Shown here: positions 61,178 through 64,000 of the stretch, piece after piece
Numbering within the stretch: the stretch's first letter is position 1
Layout: the number at the start of each line of letters is the position of its first letter
From: an uncultured delta proteobacterium
GTDB lineage: Bacteria > Myxococcota > Myxococcia > SLRQ01
Assembly (NCBI GenBank): GCA_963727485.1
Contig: CAVSGM010000002.1
Location: 960,001-1,024,000 of the forward strand
Direction: 5' to 3'
DNA length: 64,000 nt
The notes under the pieces: model-generated
The model's database searches: none
Told to the model about the DNA's origin: nothing
Seen by the model: only the letters and a program-made list of their open reading frames with translations
Made by a program: the position numbers and the translations under genes

Positions 61178-61874
61178 ATGATCCGAGCGGTCGCCCACCT
61201 GGTCCTGGCCGCGGCGGCCGGGGCCCTGATGGCCTGTATCCCGGGCTGCGCCACGCCCGACGCCCCGCCGGTCGAGGGCCGCAAGGTCGCCGTCCGGGAC
61301 GCGCCCCCGCCGAAGGCCGACGCGCCAAGGCCCCCGGCGCCGCCTCGGGGCTTCGTCACCATGACCGTCCTCGGGGTGCTCCCGGTGGGCGGCGCCCACG
61401 CGGTGCTCCTGGTCGACGGACCCAAGCAGGTGGTCCTCCCCATCGTGGTAGGTGAGACCGAGGCCCTGTCCATCGAGCTGCGCCTCCACCACAAGCGCTT
61501 CACCCGGCCCCTGACCCACGATCTGCTCGACCAGGTGGTCACGGACCTCGGGGCCAAGGTCCTCGAGGTCCGGGTGAGCGGGGTCGGCGGCGGGGCCTTC
61601 GTGGGGAGCCTCCTGCTCACCCAGGCCCACCGGGTGCTCACCCTCGACGCCCGGCCCTCCGACGCCATCGCCCTGGCCGTCGGGGACGGGGCGCCGATCT
61701 ACGTGGCCCGGGAGGTCCTCGACGAGGCGGGCATCGACCGCAGGGCCCTGGATCACCTCACCCCCGACGAGGTGCCGAGACGGCGCCGACGAGGACGCCC
61801 CGGCGCCGGACGCGGGTCCCTCCATCGACGGCCGGGACGCGGCGGGGGTGCAGGCCTTCCCCGACCCCATCTGA
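61178..61874 (+). CDS. Bifunctional nuclease (DUF151) family protein with an N-terminal signal/lipobox; probable frameshift at ~61778
   Basis: LPIVVGETEA, RPLTHDLL, LDARPSDAIALA. Removing one base near 61778 gives an acidic tail ending at TGA 61874 and removes the overlap with the MFS gene. Confidence 0.82.
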
Positions 61875-61938
61875 GGCGCCACCGCCCCGGCACCCGCCCG
61901 CCTCGCCGCCGGCCCCGGGCCCTGGTAGGTCTACTTCG

Positions 61939-63213
61939 GTGGCCCGCCCCTCCCGCGCCGTCCTCGCCTGGTCGTTCTACGACTTCGCCAACTCCGCCTT
62001 CGCCACCACGGTGATGGCCGGGCTCTTCCCGGTCTTCTTCAAGGAGGAGTGGTCCGCCGGCACGCCCGTCGCCGAGAGCACCTTCCACCTGGGCATCGCC
62101 AACGCCGCCGCCTCGGTGGCCGTGGCCCTGATGGCCCCGGTCCTGGGCGCCGTCGCCGACCGGGGCGCGGGCAAGAAGCGCTTCCTCGCCGCCTTCACCG
62201 CCCTGGGGGTCGCCGGGAGCCTGGGCCTCTCGGTGGTCGGGCGCGGGGCCTGGGGCACCGCCGCGGCGGTCTACGCGCTGGCCACCGTGGGCTTCTCCGG
62301 GGGGAACGTGTTCTACGACGCCCTGCTCCCCTCGGTGGCGGACGGTCGCACCGACCGGGTCTCGGCCCTGGGCTACGCGCTGGGCTACCTCGGCGGCGGC
62401 GCCCTCTTCGCGGTGAACGTGGTGATGATCCGGATGCCGCAGGCCTTCGGCCTGGCGGACGCCGGGCAGGCGGTGCGCATCAGCTTCGCCTCGGTGGCGG
62501 TGTGGTGGGCGGTGTTCGCCATCCCCCTGTTCCGCGCGGTCCCCGAGCCGCCGGCGGCGGGCGGGGGCACCGGCGCCGCCCTGCGCGAGGGCCTCGCCCA
62601 GCTCGCCCGGACCTTCCGCCGCGCCCGGCGCCTCAAGGTGGTGCTCCTCTTCCTCGCCGCCTACTGGCTCTACATCGACGGGGTGGGCACGGTGATCCGC
62701 ATGGCCGTGGACTACGGCCTCTCGCTGGGCTTCCCCGCCTCGAGCCTCATCGTCGCCCTGCTCCTCACCCAGGCGGTGGGCTTCCCGGCGGCGCTCGTCT
62801 TCGGGCGCCTCGGCGAGTGGCTGGGGACCAAACGCGCCATCGTCCTGGGCCTCGTCGTCTACCTCGGGGTCACCGGCTTCGGGGCCTTCCTGCGCACCCC
62901 GGCCCAGTTCTTCGTCCTCGCCGCGGTGGTGGGCCTGGTGCAGGGGGGCGTCCAGGCCCTGTCCCGGGCCCTCTACGCGCGGCTGGTCCCCGAGGCCGAG
63001 GCCGGGGAGTTCTTCGGCTTCTTCAACCTGCTGGGCAAGTTCGCCGCCATCCTCGGGCCGCTGGTCATGGGCCTGGTGGCGGTGCTCACCGGGAGCACCC
63101 GGGTGGCCATCGCCTCGGTGAGCGTCCTCTTCCTCGCCGGGGGGCTCCTGCTCCTCCGGGTGGACGAGGCCGAGGGACGCGCCGCGGCGGCGGCCCTCGA
63201 GGCCGAGCTCTGA
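61939..63213 (+). CDS. MFS transporter (ATG22/UMF1-like)
   Basis: WSFYDFANSAF.T, LGAVADR, FYDALLP, DRVSALGYALGYLGG, QALSRA. Confidence 0.9.
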   Translation: MARPSRAVLAWSFYDFANSAFATTVMAGLFPVFFKEEWSAGTPVAESTFHLGIANAAASVAVALMAPVLGAVADRGAGKKRFLAAFTALGVAGSLGLSVVGRGAWGTAAAVYALATVGFSGGNVFYDALLPSVADGRTDRVSALGYALGYLGGGALFAVNVVMIRMPQAFGLADAGQAVRISFASVAVWWAVFAIPLFRAVPEPPAAGGGTGAALREGLAQLARTFRRARRLKVVLLFLAAYWLYIDGVGTVIRMAVDYGLSLGFPASSLIVALLLTQAVGFPAALVFGRLGEWLGTKRAIVLGLVVYLGVTGFGAFLRTPAQFFVLAAVVGLVQGGVQALSRALYARLVPEAEAGEFFGFFNLLGKFAAILGPLVMGLVAVLTGSTRVAIASVSVLFLAGGLLLLRVDEAEGRAAAAALEAEL

Positions 63214-63237
63214 CAGCGGCCGGCTGCCGGGCGCGGG

Positions 63238-64000
63238 CTACTTCTTCTTCGGCGGGATCCCGGCGTCGAGCCAGTGCGAGAGCCCATAGACCGCGTGGGC
63301 CGCGTCGCCGATGAGAATCGAGGTAGCTCTGGTGCCGCTCCCGGTCGATCTCGGGCATCTGGTCGAAGGCGTGGAACTGGTCGAGGCGGCGGATGGCGTC
63401 CTGGAGATCGGCCTCGGCCTCCTCGACCTTCGCCGGCTTCACCTGGATGCCCCCCCGGTGGAGGTAGTAGGTCGCCTCCAGCCAGTGGCCGTAGAACTTC
63501 TGGTCCTGGACGGCGAGCAGCCGCAGGTACTGGGGCGGCGCCTCGCTCCAGGCCTTCCGGTAGAGGTCGGTCTCGGCGGTGAGCCGCCACTCCAGGATGT
63601 GCTCGATGTCCTGCAGCGGGCCGGCGAGGGCCTTCTCGCTCTTGGCGTCGAAGAGCCAGGTCGCCGGCGCCTCCACGAAGTGCATCCCCCCGCAGGCCTC
63701 GGCGTAGATCCCCTGGCGGCGCTTGACCAGCGGCGCGCCGGTCTCCTCGTCGGTCTTCATGAACGCCATCTCGTCGGCGAGGTTCTCGGTGGCCTCGCGC
63801 ACCAGCTGGCGCATGTCGAAGCGCTTGCCCGCATGGTCGACGAAGGTGGCCTTGGAGATCCCGTCGTGGACCGCCCGGCTCATGGCCATCAGGGTCCAGG
63901 CCCAGGGGCCGAAGTGCCCCGGCGGCGGCTGGTCGAAGGACCACAGGGCCCCGCGGTAGAGGTCGGCGACCGTCCAGGTCTTCCCGCCGGCCCGGAACCG
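63238..64000 (-). CDS. Hypothetical protein, 5' end outside the window; frameshift at ~63317
   Basis: EACGGMHF...KFYGHWLE...; removing one base gives YLDLIGDAAHAVYGL...PKKK-stop. Confidence 0.65.

Overview
Very GC-rich, gene-dense chromosomal window, most likely from a Myxococcota (myxobacterial-type) bacterium. I saw no rRNA, tRNA, CRISPR array or transposase. Left to right: nagZ, rimO and yajQ; a large multi-domain peptidoglycan-hydrolase lipoprotein with a sigma54-type promoter; a stand-alone MshEN protein; then about 17 kb of co-directional minus-strand genes (CheY, MshEN-CheX, DinG-family helicase, SofG/MglA-like GTPase, PocR kinase, receiver, thiL, a Dif-like chemosensory cluster, larB, larC and two GAF/PAS signalling proteins). 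Next come miscellaneous enzymes, an LpoA-like lipoprotein and hrcA-grpE-dnaK-dnaJ. Divergent from hrcA is a translationally coupled operon of five predicted lipoproteins (vWA, Ig/PKD, Cys-rich/PPC, 6xIPT/TIG, Cys-rich). The rest holds an orphan CpaF/TadA ATPase, gyrA-TPR-hemL, a duplicated pair of mini-ExbB/MotA-like membrane genes, an F0-only ATP synthase operon, ychF, a DUF151 nuclease with a signal peptide and an MFS transporter. About a dozen small frameshifts break otherwise intact genes and are probably long-read errors; four of them are GATC read as GAATC/GATTC. Best candidates for undescribed systems: the five-lipoprotein operon, the mini-ExbB cassette, the MshEN-CheX/CheY pair, and the larBC-linked pseudo-receiver/kinase module. 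All family calls come from motif recognition by eye, not from database searches.
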